A stretch of 35,640 nucleotides of DNA, from assembly GCA_963977445.1 (NCBI GenBank), contig CAXBPH010000041.1:1-35640 (forward strand). The letters run 5' to 3'. Below the pieces are notes generated by a model, which ran no database searches, had not been told where the DNA came from, and worked only from the letters and a program-made list of their open reading frames with translations. The position numbers and the translations under genes were made by a program. Position 1 is the first letter of the stretch, and the number at the start of each line of letters is the position of its first letter. Positions 16,793 to 25,340 of the stretch are shown piece after piece. Source of the stretch: an uncultured bacterium. Its GTDB lineage: Bacteria > Hydrogenedentota > Hydrogenedentia > Hydrogenedentales > JAEUWI01.

Positions 16793-18124
16793 CTAGGCGC
16801 TCCAATTACGCTCAGGACGGGAGCGGAGGCTGTTGGCTTCGTCATCATCGATAAAGGATTCGGTCTTCGGGTCGAACTTGAGTGTGCGATTCAACATCCA
16901 GGCCATGGACGCCGCGTGGCACGCGATATGGGAATGCTTCACGACCTCGGGATTGGTTACCGTGGGCTGCCGGGACTTGACGCAATCGATGAAGTTTCGG
17001 GCATGGGCGACCACGTCCAGACCGGGCTGGTCGTTGACCTCCTTGCTCGTCCGGGGTTTTGGAAGGTCGGCGAGCTCGCTTTGGAGCGATTCCGGGCCCA
17101 CTTCGATGCCACCGGTGTCCCCAGTCTCCACCCATCCGGCATCGCCCACAAAACGAACGGGGCAAGTCCCGAGATCTTGAATCCACCCGGTCCGTTCGCC
17201 AAAGGGAGTGTCGAGGAAATCCAACACGAGTTTGACACCATTCTCATAGCGGGCCGTAATGTTTTTTTCACCAGGGACATATTCCACCGGCATCGTGTCA
17301 TCGGCATTGATCGCCCACTGGCACAAATCGACCGTATGGGCACCCCAATCCAGCAACCGGGTCCCCGCCTCAAAATCATAATGTGCGCGCCAGCCACCTC
17401 TGACATAGGTGCTGTTGTAGAGCCGCCAGGGCGCGGGTCCCAGCCACATGTTCCAGTCCACCTCATCCTTAATGGGCGTCGGTTCGGCCGGCAACCATTC
17501 GGTAAGGTAACTCGGTCGGTATATGGACGCGTAGAGGGTTTGAATCTTGCCCAGCTTTCCGGATTGGGCAATCTCCACGGCCTGCCTGAAATTCGCAACA
17601 CTGCGCCGCTGGGTGCCCGCCTGAAAAATCCGGCCCGTACGCTTAAAGGTATCCGCGAGTTTCTGGCAAAGTTCGATGGTGAGGGCGCAGGGCTTCTCAC
17701 TATAAACATCCTTGCCTGCTTCCGCCGCCATCATCGAGGCCTGGGCATGCCAGCGATCGCCCGTCGCTATGAGTACGGCATCGATGTCGTCGCGCGCGAG
17801 CAAATCCCGGAAATCCGTATAGAGCACGCAATCGCTATTACCGTTGATCTCGTCAATGAGTGCCTTTCCCTCATCGCGACGACTTTTCTGGACGTCCGCC
17901 AGCGCTACGCACTGCACATCGGGCAAGGTGAGCATTCCGCCCAGGACATAGCGGCAGCGCGGTCCGCATCCGATGACACCCAGCGTAATCTTTTCACTAG
18001 GTGCTACGCTGTCGTTCTGCCCCAAGACTTGCGTGGGGGTAATCAAAGGAATTGATAGTGCGGTCGTGGATGCAATGGTGTTGCGCATGAACTGCCGACG
18101 GGTGGACTGGCGATTACTTTTCAT
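16793..18124 (-). CDS. Gfo/Idh/MocA-family oxidoreductase with twin-arginine signal, ~443 aa
   Basis: STRRQFM Tat motif, GVIGCGPR, IATGDRWH, YSEKP, QAGTQRRS, WNMWLGPAP and DWGAHTVD. Start moved to the ATG at 18124, which has an AAGGA upstream. Confidence 0.92.
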   Translation of the reverse strand: MKSNRQSTRRQFMRNTIASTTALSIPLITPTQVLGQNDSVAPSEKITLGVIGCGPRCRYVLGGMLTLPDVQCVALADVQKSRRDEGKALIDEINGNSDCVLYTDFRDLLARDDIDAVLIATGDRWHAQASMMAAEAGKDVYSEKPCALTIELCQKLADTFKRTGRIFQAGTQRRSVANFRQAVEIAQSGKLGKIQTLYASIYRPSYLTEWLPAEPTPIKDEVDWNMWLGPAPWRLYNSTYVRGGWRAHYDFEAGTRLLDWGAHTVDLCQWAINADDTMPVEYVPGEKNITARYENGVKLVLDFLDTPFGERTGWIQDLGTCPVRFVGDAGWVETGDTGGIEVGPESLQSELADLPKPRTSKEVNDQPGLDVVAHARNFIDCVKSRQPTVTNPEVVKHSHIACHAASMAWMLNRTLKFDPKTESFIDDDEANSLRSRPERNWSA

Positions 18125-18275
18125 TGCTCTTGGATTTCCTTTGGCCCGGTTCTGAGAGACGGCCTGTCCGGGGCGGGTCCAAACCCGCAACCCACGGCAT
18201 TTCCGAGTGTTCACGTGAGGGGTTCGGAAATTTAGATGCCGACTCTCATTGGTAGTTATTGGTGTTGCCGTATTG

Positions 18276-18304
18276 ATTTAAGCAGAAGGGCATGGGGGAG
18301 TCAA
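18276..18304 (-). promoter_or_regulatory. Candidate sigma70 promoter for the oxidoreductase
   Basis: Minus strand TTGACT-N17-TTAAAT, with TG just upstream of the -10. Confidence 0.35.
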
Positions 18305-18481
18305 GGTCCCCGACTGGAATTGACCAGGAAAGTGCGATTAGACAACGCGAAACGCCGTAAATACCAGCATGGGGCACGTTCAGTTGGACGAGCTTTCAAG
18401 TGCCGTCGATTGTAGGTATCGCGTCGGACGCTACTTCGCGAAAGTATTTACGAATGCCTGGAAGCTGCACACAGACGCAAT

Positions 18482-18520
18482 AAAAAACTCCCGCGCAGTT
18501 AGCTGCGCGGGAGTCGTTTT
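18482..18520 (-). terminator. Rho-independent terminator of the surface-protein gene (possibly bidirectional)
   Basis: 12-bp stem ACTCCCGCGCAG/CTGCGCGGGAGT with a 4-nt loop and T6 on the minus strand. Confidence 0.88.
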
Positions 18521-18543
18521 GCTGGTTCAGATTGTCAGGTGCA

Positions 18544-21500
18544 TCAGCGCACCCGTGGGGCCTGGTAGCGATGCCACCCGAGGAGTATGGTCAGGAGTGC
18601 GAGTAGCACGGCACCATCCACCAGGTAGGAGCCCGTGCTGCCCTGTCCGGGGGCACAGGTGACGCCAGGTGCCTTCTCAGGGGGCGTGCCGCCGCCGCCC
18701 GTGCCGTCGTCACCCTTTTCCGTAAGGGGGGCAAAGAGGGAGAGGCTGATGGCTTCACCCGAGAGGGTATTGCCGGAGGCCTGCACGTTCTGTATGGCCG
18801 TCTCGGTCCAGGCACCGGAGCCGACGGTCAGTCGGAAGTTTCCGTCGGCGGAGCCCGTCACTGCTGTGGGGAAGTGCATGTAACGGGGCGTGCTTCCGGT
18901 TGGGAGCGTGATTCCCTTGAGGGTAAAGCGCACGGGGTTGGCAAGGAGGCGGCTGCTCGGAATGGCCCGGTAGGTCGCGCCGTCGTCATCCGATACGATG
19001 ATGCTTATATCAAAGAGCACGCCGTCGCTGGCGAAGCCCTCCGGTATGGCAGGCACGTTGGCGGCGTCCGCTTCTTCCAGAATGGTGCGTATATCTTCAC
19101 CCAGTGCAATGGTGAGTACACCCCGTTCGCCACAGGCGAGGAGGGCGCGGTCCACACTGACCGTAAGCAACTGGCTGGTCGCTTCGGGATTGCGTACCCG
19201 GAGGGAGACTTCGCCCGTCGCAGCGGTATCACAGGTGCCTTCCCAGGCGACCATGCTGGTCACGCCCTGAATGCGGGCGGCCTGGGTTTTTGCGGTCCAG
19301 CTGTCGCCATCGGTAAGCAGGGCGGTGAAGGGCTGGTCGGGGAAGCCATTGGCATCCATGTCGGGGGCTTCCACGATTGTGAGCTCAAATTCCTGAAGGA
19401 GCCCTTCGGTGGAACCCGCCACTTCTCCTTCGGCACGCACGGTATGTATGCCCGGCGTGAGGAAGAAGACCGCAGGAAAACCCTCTGCGGCGGCATCGGA
19501 CGTCTGGGAGGTGCCGTCCACGGTGTAGATGACCCGGGCGGTGCTGTTTGCGCAGTCCGCTTCGGTCGGCAGGGTTGCCTTGGAGGCAAAGAGGACCTGG
19601 GCCACATCGGCACCGCTGGCGACAACGATGGTATTGGTCATGGGCTGGACGACCGCGAAGGCCGTGAGCATACAATCCGTAACCTGGTCGGCGCAGGAGG
19701 GCCCGCTGATGATTACCCGGCGGGCTTTGGTGGTCGTGTTGCCCTGGTCATCGGTCGCCGTGTAGGTGACCGTGTAGGTGGCCGCACGGGAGGTATTTAC
19801 CACGTCTTCGGCGTCGGAAGTAACCGCGATGTCGTCACCACTACACCCGTCCGTGGCCGTGGCACCGGGGTCGGTGAAGTTATCACCGCAGTCCAGGGTG
19901 ATGGCCACGCTGCCAATCAGGGAAATTTCCGGGCCCTTCGTATCGGCCACAATGACATCCCGGGTAATAACTGAAATCCGTCCGCCGCTATCCGTAGCGG
20001 AATAGGCGACCACATAATTTCCGGGTACGTCGCGGTTTACATTGTTGGAAACAGTGACGACTTCCGATTCGAGCCCGTCACAGGCATCCAATGCCGTAGC
20101 ACCGGGTTCCTGAAAGGCGGTACCACATTCGAGGGTCATGGGGTTGGCACCCATTAACGTAATGACCGGACCCGCATCATCCACGACCGTAACGGTCCGG
20201 GTGCGGGTAGCGGTCAGGCCCCGACTGTCCGACACCGTGAAGATCACGCTGTAGGTGCCGGGGGTCTCGAAATCTACGGTGCCACTCATCGTGGGGGACA
20301 GGGTGCCGCTACACGCATCGGTGGCGGTGGCCCCCAAATCACTATAGGGCTTGCCGCAGCTATGATTAATCGCCGCAGGACCAACCAGGTTCAGGATGGG
20401 GGGCGTTACGTCCCGCACCGTAACCGTCCGGGAAATCTGGACGGCCTGATTGCTATCGCTGTCTGCCACATTGTAAGTAAGGGTGTAGGTACCCGTTTTT
20501 CCCGTAAGGACCACGCCACCAACGATAATGCTGTTCGTCAGGTCACCGTCCACGTCATCCAGGGCTGTGGCACCGGCATCCTGGTACGAATCACCGCAAC
20601 TCAGGATGATTTCTGCATCCCCAAGCAGTGTAATAACGGGCGCATCACTTTCTCCTTCACCCTCTCCTTCACCTTCACCTTCGCCTTCACCTTCACCTTC
20701 GCCTTCACCTTCACCTTCATCTTCACCTTCACCTTCACCTTCACCTTCACCACCGGTAGATTCAAAGCAAACCAGCGAATTGGAAATCGTACTGGAGAGT
20801 TCGCCGCCATCGGCACGATATAGGGCCATACCCGTGATTTGTTGATTGGAGGTCTCGTTCGTCGCGACCTGCAAGGTATAGGTAAAGGTGGCCGGGAATT
20901 CGGGGATGTTGAACCAGGCGAATTCCACCCGTCCGTCGGTCACAGACATAAAATCGGGCGCGTCGTTGCCGCCGACATCGAGGATGGTCCAACCGGTGGG
21001 AATGGTCTCGACGATACCCAGTGCAGACAATTCAGCCTGGCACCCGCCGCCCAAGGTCATAGTTACAAGGAGGCTGCCGTCGGGATTCACACAGGTATCC
21101 GGGATTTCCCGGCTGACAGCGACACAGCCATCTTCGGCCGTGGTGTCGAGGCATACGTCTGTTGCTGGGATCGTGGTCATCAATTCTTCGGCGAGCATGC
21201 GATAGAGGGCTACGCCTGAGATTTGCTGGTCCGTAGTTTCCTCGGTTGCGACACGCACGGTGTACGTAAAGGTCGCAGGGAAGTTCGGGACTTCAATCCA
21301 AGCAAAGTCCAAGGTGCCTTCCGTACCTGCTTCGGAGCTGATATCGGGTAGGTTTGTTCCTGCGACAGAGACCAGGGACCATCCCTCTGGAATGGTTTCC
21401 ACCACGCCAAGTGCCGTGAGTGACGATTGACAGGTGCCGGCGATACTCACCGTAACCAGGACTTCATCGTCTGCTTTTACGCAGGCCTCATCAATCTGAC

Positions 21501-22524
21501 GGGCAACGATCACGCAGTCGCCCACTTCACCGCCATCGGCCGGGGCCGCATTGACCCAGCCGAGGTCCACGAGGGCACCAATTTCCAGGGCGGCATATTC
21601 ACGCCGCGATGTGCCCGAGACAATCTGATGCTCCATGACCGCACCACCGATAATACTATTGGTATTCCAGTGGGAGAGACTGCTGCCGCTAAGAAATCCT
21701 GAGGGGGCAAATACGCCTGCCCGGGTTCCCGTCTGATCATAATTTGTGGTGGCGTTACTTCCCCCAAAGAATAAGGCGTTGTTCCGCAGGTCGGCGGTGA
21801 CGCCGTTGAAGACGGGCGTGGTACCACTAAACAGGACGGTGGTATCGGCCTTTTCCATAAAGGAGTCCCACACACTGTAGGCGTTGTCAAAAAGGCTGGA
21901 ACTGCCATCCGATGCGGAAAGAGAAAGGATGCCTAATCCGTGGGTGATTTCGTGGAGCAAGGTTGACTGGAGGTCCGTTTGGGAGCCCGTGGGATTGTTT
22001 GAACTCACATTCCAATTGAAGCCAAAGTCAACGGTCACCACGATATCTTCGAGGCCCGCAAAAGGTTTTACCCCGGACGTAAGCCGTTGAAAAGCCGTAC
22101 CATTCTGAAAACCGGCTCCGCTGGAGAAATAGGGCCCGGCCGTTGCCAGGAAGCCTGTTCCGTCACTCTCGGAGCGTTTCACCAGAATATCGAGGGCACC
22201 GGGCTGATTGAGGACGTCTGCCACATAGGTCAGGGTATCTTCCAACCGGGCGCGACGGTCCGCACCAGAACTCGTGTCATCGAATCCTGCATTGGTGTCT
22301 TGGAGTACATCTTCGTAATAGATGTTGAAGGTGATACCGTGGGCAACAACTTGTTCTGGCGTGCCCGCAGGGATAGTTTTTGTCCCCAGTGGCACGGCCT
22401 CTACGGATTGGGAGGTGACCCGGTAGACAAATTCTTGCGCCGATGCAGTAGTAATGCCTGTGACGAGCGAACCTACGGCTATGAGCAGCATTGCGCCGCG
22501 ATGCCAACCATTAAGTAAACGCAT
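18544..22524 (-). CDS. Large surface-anchored protein: signal peptide, zinc metalloprotease, 2 duplicated beta-rich domains, (GE)n linker, 4 DUF5011-like Ig repeats, C-terminal membrane anchor, 1326 aa
   Basis: HEITHGLG...SSLSHW...VM motif; four P(V/I/E)(I/L)xLxG...GATAxD repeats; C-terminal GVTCAPG...DGAVLLALLTILLGW with a basic tail. RBS AGGAG. Confidence 0.85.
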   Translation of the reverse strand: MRLLNGWHRGAMLLIAVGSLVTGITTASAQEFVYRVTSQSVEAVPLGTKTIPAGTPEQVVAHGITFNIYYEDVLQDTNAGFDDTSSGADRRARLEDTLTYVADVLNQPGALDILVKRSESDGTGFLATAGPYFSSGAGFQNGTAFQRLTSGVKPFAGLEDIVVTVDFGFNWNVSSNNPTGSQTDLQSTLLHEITHGLGILSLSASDGSSSLFDNAYSVWDSFMEKADTTVLFSGTTPVFNGVTADLRNNALFFGGSNATTNYDQTGTRAGVFAPSGFLSGSSLSHWNTNSIIGGAVMEHQIVSGTSRREYAALEIGALVDLGWVNAAPADGGEVGDCVIVARQIDEACVKADDEVLVTVSIAGTCQSSLTALGVVETIPEGWSLVSVAGTNLPDISSEAGTEGTLDFAWIEVPNFPATFTYTVRVATEETTDQQISGVALYRMLAEELMTTIPATDVCLDTTAEDGCVAVSREIPDTCVNPDGSLLVTMTLGGGCQAELSALGIVETIPTGWTILDVGGNDAPDFMSVTDGRVEFAWFNIPEFPATFTYTLQVATNETSNQQITGMALYRADGGELSSTISNSLVCFESTGGEGEGEGEGEDEGEGEGEGEGEGEGEGEGEGEGESDAPVITLLGDAEIILSCGDSYQDAGATALDDVDGDLTNSIIVGGVVLTGKTGTYTLTYNVADSDSNQAVQISRTVTVRDVTPPILNLVGPAAINHSCGKPYSDLGATATDACSGTLSPTMSGTVDFETPGTYSVIFTVSDSRGLTATRTRTVTVVDDAGPVITLMGANPMTLECGTAFQEPGATALDACDGLESEVVTVSNNVNRDVPGNYVVAYSATDSGGRISVITRDVIVADTKGPEISLIGSVAITLDCGDNFTDPGATATDGCSGDDIAVTSDAEDVVNTSRAATYTVTYTATDDQGNTTTKARRVIISGPSCADQVTDCMLTAFAVVQPMTNTIVVASGADVAQVLFASKATLPTEADCANSTARVIYTVDGTSQTSDAAAEGFPAVFFLTPGIHTVRAEGEVAGSTEGLLQEFELTIVEAPDMDANGFPDQPFTALLTDGDSWTAKTQAARIQGVTSMVAWEGTCDTAATGEVSLRVRNPEATSQLLTVSVDRALLACGERGVLTIALGEDIRTILEEADAANVPAIPEGFASDGVLFDISIIVSDDDGATYRAIPSSRLLANPVRFTLKGITLPTGSTPRYMHFPTAVTGSADGNFRLTVGSGAWTETAIQNVQASGNTLSGEAISLSLFAPLTEKGDDGTGGGGTPPEKAPGVTCAPGQGSTGSYLVDGAVLLALLTILLGWHRYQAPRVR
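20650..20751 (-). repeat. Hexanucleotide tandem repeat (GGTGAA)n encoding a Gly-Glu linker
   Basis: About 17 imperfect CCTTCA units on the + strand; translates GEGEGE...EDEGEGE. Confidence 0.95.
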
Positions 22525-22902
22525 GCTTATCTCCTGCCCCGATATTGCCCCAAAAGGTCTGGCGGGGTGTCTTACGCTGCCTGAGCCACGTAGTTACGAC
22601 TCTAGACGTTGTTCCTCGATGCCATAACGATAATGCGGGTATACCCGATCAATTCGGATGGAATCCCGATGTTGCTTTACGAGTTTCTCTGGATCTTGTT
22701 CCGCGCCCCGCGAAAAGCCTCTGGGGGAGACACTAAAGAATTTTCCGATTGCTCCCATTCACTTCTCCCACAGACCCTGCCGCCACGATAACACACCGAC
22801 AAACGGAATCACCATTTGGCAGATTGCGCACCTCGTGTACAAACCTCAATACAGATTATCCACGAGTATGGGACGCCAGCGAATGACAAGGGTGCCCTAG
22901 GG

Positions 22903-22931
22903 ATTATATTCGCCTTCGCCAAGGCTGTCAA
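22903..22931 (-). promoter_or_regulatory. Perfect-consensus sigma70 promoter facing the surface-protein gene
   Basis: Minus strand TTGACA-GCCTTGGCGAAGGCGAA(17)-TATAAT. Confidence 0.8.
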
Positions 22932-23238
22932 TCCAAGTCTGGGATCCTAAGGCTATATTCGAAGGCCCACAATAGATTTTGACCTATCGTCTGAAAATAA
23001 AGCGTATTATATGAATAGTGGCTGGAGGCTTAGCTACACGCGTAGAATCGGGAAAAAGTTCATTGCCACGGGATGGATACCACGGGTGCAAAATACAACG
23101 GCAAATCGGGATTTAGTAAGTCGTGCCTGTGGATGTGCTGCCCGCCTCAACCGTAAAGAGCACTGAAATTACCAATCGTGCCGCGCGATCCGGTACGCCG
23201 GTTCGTGCGTGTGGATGTACCATCAGCCCGCCAACATG

Positions 23239-23272
23239 AAAAACAGCCTCCATGGTATCCATGGAGGCTGTT
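23239..23272 (-). terminator. Rho-independent terminator of the TPR gene
   Basis: 14-bp stem AACAGCCTCCATGG/CCATGGAGGCTGTT running into a T5 tract on the minus strand, about 20 nt after the stop. Confidence 0.85.
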
Positions 23273-23294
23273 CAGTGACTTTTTGTGTCATTAA

Positions 23295-24158
23295 TCAGTT
23301 GCTTGGGGTTTCACTGGCAGCATCCGCAGCCGTTGCAGGCGCTTCTTCAGCCGGAGCCGCTTCTACGGCCGGCGCGGGAGTTGCCTCGACAGGGGCGGCG
23401 TCGGCAGCCGTTGCAGCCTCTTCCATGGGCGCCGCTTCTACGGCAACTTCAGCCGCATCTTCTTCCGCAGGCGTCTCTGGGAAGAGATCCGGCTTGGCCA
23501 TTTTCAGGCGGTCCAGGGCGGCCTGGGATTTGCGAGACACGGAGGATTCAGGAAATATCTCAATTTGCTGCTGATAGTGGGCGATGGCTTCTGGAAACTT
23601 GTCCAGCGCTTCTTCAACCCGTGCCATATTGAATGGCTGGCGACGTCCCGTAAGGGAGTCACTCCACGTTTCGAAGACCTTGGTATACCCCGCGAGGGCT
23701 TCTTCAAACTTGCCGGCATTCTCATTAAGAAAGGCAAGACCATCGGCCGCTTTGGGTGCAAATTCAGAATCACTATGATTTGCAAGAACGGCCTCAAAGG
23801 CTTCGCGAGCCTTGTCGTAGCTCTTGGCTTCAATCGCGGTTTCGCCAGACACATAGAGGGCTTCCACGCTCCAGCGGGAGTTTTCATCCGCAATTTCCGC
23901 CAAGGCCTCGGCCTTCAAACCAGGCTCTTCGGTCGTTGCGGCCACCGCATATTCCGTGTTTTCCTTCAGCGCATCGGCGGAATTCTTCACACTGAATACA
24001 CCGCCAATGGCGATACACAGCAAGAGGAAGCCCGCGCCACCAGCGACTTTCGTCGGGTTTTCCTTGGTGTATACCAAGGCTCGTTGCCACTCACTTTGGG
24101 TCTCCGCGCCATCCCCATCAAGGTGGGCACCCTTTTCCTTTGTATCTCGCTCGGCCAT
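23295..24158 (-). CDS. Membrane-anchored tetratricopeptide-repeat protein (YfgM-like architecture) with Ala/Glu/Pro-rich tail, 287 aa
   Basis: Single N-terminal TM segment, three TPR-like helix pairs (ALYVSG...YDKAREAFE, GKFEEALAGY, EAIAHYQQQIEIFPES) and a low-complexity C-terminus. Confidence 0.78.
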   Translation of the reverse strand: MAERDTKEKGAHLDGDGAETQSEWQRALVYTKENPTKVAGGAGFLLLCIAIGGVFSVKNSADALKENTEYAVAATTEEPGLKAEALAEIADENSRWSVEALYVSGETAIEAKSYDKAREAFEAVLANHSDSEFAPKAADGLAFLNENAGKFEEALAGYTKVFETWSDSLTGRRQPFNMARVEEALDKFPEAIAHYQQQIEIFPESSVSRKSQAALDRLKMAKPDLFPETPAEEDAAEVAVEAAPMEEAATAADAAPVEATPAPAVEAAPAEEAPATAADAASETPSN

Positions 24159-24233
24159 GGATTCTCTCTTTCCAGAAACTGTCTACACGTAAGCCTTCCC
24201 AAAGGGGAGGTAGTTGGATAAATAAGGGTCACT

Positions 24234-24262
24234 ATTGTACCCGATGCCGTGCCCGGCTACAA
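24234..24262 (-). promoter_or_regulatory. Candidate sigma70 promoter for the TPR gene
   Basis: Minus strand TTGTAG-N17-TACAAT. Confidence 0.45.
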
Positions 24263-24297
24263 TATTCCGCCCCCACGTCAATTTTGCCCCCTGGACA

Positions 24298-24780
24298 TCA
24301 GGAATTATTGTCTTCCGGGAGGTACAGGACGAGAAGCCGATTGCTCCGTCCCACGCCCTGTCTGCTGGCCGTGACATCGAGACGTCGTCCGGGCTTGCCG
24401 AACAATAAGGTCACGCTTTCATCGACCTGGGTGGTGGAAATAAGCTTCCAGCCGTCTTCTGGCGCATACTTGATGTAAAACCGCGCCAGTTCGGAAAGGG
24501 AATCTTTGGTGTAATAGACCATGCGGGCCACTTGAGTCGACTTGGAGTCATAAACGAATGAGCGCTCCGTATCTTCGCGAAGGCCTTCAGGCAAGGGAAC
24601 TTCCTTGAATCGACGGGCCATGGCGGGAATCAGCCCCGGTGCGGTGATGGATGTCCCGCCACTGTCGTTGCTGTCCAGCAATTCAACGGGGGGCTTATCG
24701 GATTTCTGGAAGGGGGTCGTCTCACAACCGGTGAGGACAACCACGGCCAGAACCATCGTGACAATTGCTGCATATTTCAT
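24298..24780 (-). CDS. Hypothetical lipoprotein, ~160 aa
   Basis: MKYAAIVTMVLAVVVLTGC signal with lipobox LTG-C. Start moved to the ATG at 24780. Confidence 0.78.
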   Translation of the reverse strand: MKYAAIVTMVLAVVVLTGCETTPFQKSDKPPVELLDSNDSGGTSITAPGLIPAMARRFKEVPLPEGLREDTERSFVYDSKSTQVARMVYYTKDSLSELARFYIKYAPEDGWKLISTTQVDESVTLLFGKPGRRLDVTASRQGVGRSNRLLVLYLPEDNNS

Positions 24781-24881
24781 TTTGGAGGTACTTTCTTCTG
24801 TAAAAGGTGAAAAGGTCACGATCTGGACGACGTGACGGTCCTGCTATTCAATACAGGTTGTGTGTTGTCAGCGAATAGAAC

Positions 24882-25181
24882 TCAATCGTTGGCGTGGAGG
24901 CTTTCGGGGCCCTCTTTGCCCACATGCTTTTCATAATGGCCCTTGCCATTGCGCACGTACTTGGTGAATCCCAAGCGTTCCAGATTATCATCGCTCGCGT
25001 TCTGTTTTTGAATGCGCTCATGCCCGGAGCCCGCAATATGGGGCGATTGGAATACCCGGACCACCTTCTCGCCGGTTTCCGGGTGCTCCGTCAGGGCGGC
25101 TTCACGCATGCTTTGCACATGGTCAAATACTTCGCCTTCGGTGCCGTCGTCGTGGATGACCTGATAGGTATATATGGGCAT
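24882..25181 (-). CDS. FmdB-family zinc-ribbon-like small protein (Cys-less variant), ~99 aa
   Basis: MPIYTY...FDHVQSM...LTEHPETGEKVVRV matches the FmdB pattern MPxYxYxC..F...Q....L..CP.CG. RBS GGAG. Confidence 0.78.
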   Translation of the reverse strand: MPIYTYQVIHDDGTEGEVFDHVQSMREAALTEHPETGEKVVRVFQSPHIAGSGHERIQKQNASDDNLERLGFTKYVRNGKGHYEKHVGKEGPESLHAND

Positions 25182-25249
25182 GTGAATTCTCCACAAGGCG
25201 TTCGGGTAGTCAAACGCCCGGTTGGTCTGCGTGTTCTGCTAATACCCCC

Positions 25250-25277
25250 ATTATACGGAAAGAGAAACGGCCCGCAA
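25250..25277 (-). promoter_or_regulatory. Candidate promoter for the FmdB-like gene, overlapping the mdh terminator
   Basis: Minus strand TTGCGG-N16-TATAAT. Confidence 0.4.
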
Positions 25278-25304
25278 CAGTTTCCAGGAAACCGTTGCGG
25301 ACCG
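25261..25304 (-). terminator. Terminator downstream of mdh
   Basis: Long stem CGGTCCGCAACGGTTTCC/GGAAACTGTTGCGGGCCG, whose two mismatches are G-U pairs only on the minus strand, followed by TTTCTCTTT. Confidence 0.72.
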
Positions 25305-25340
25305 ATATGTTTCAAGTTTTTCTGGCGCACAGGGCGGGGA

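Larger units (their letters stand above)
11576..16841. mobile_element. Putative inserted islet carrying a three-gene signal-transduction cassette
   Basis: Flanked by the 50-bp direct repeat, visibly more AT-rich than its flanks, and oriented opposite to its neighbours. No recombinase gene. Confidence 0.55.

Noticed and set aside
16715..18055. 446-aa plus-strand ORF
   Set aside because: Antisense shadow of the well-supported Gfo/Idh/MocA gene.
18874..19974. 366-aa plus-strand ORF, and the (SP)n, (FT)n and (VK)n ORFs around 20362-20845
   Set aside because: Alternative-frame or antisense readings of the surface-protein gene and its hexamer repeat.
20650..20751. CRISPR array or phase-variation frameshift tract
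   Set aside because: No spacers, and the 6-bp unit preserves the reading frame.
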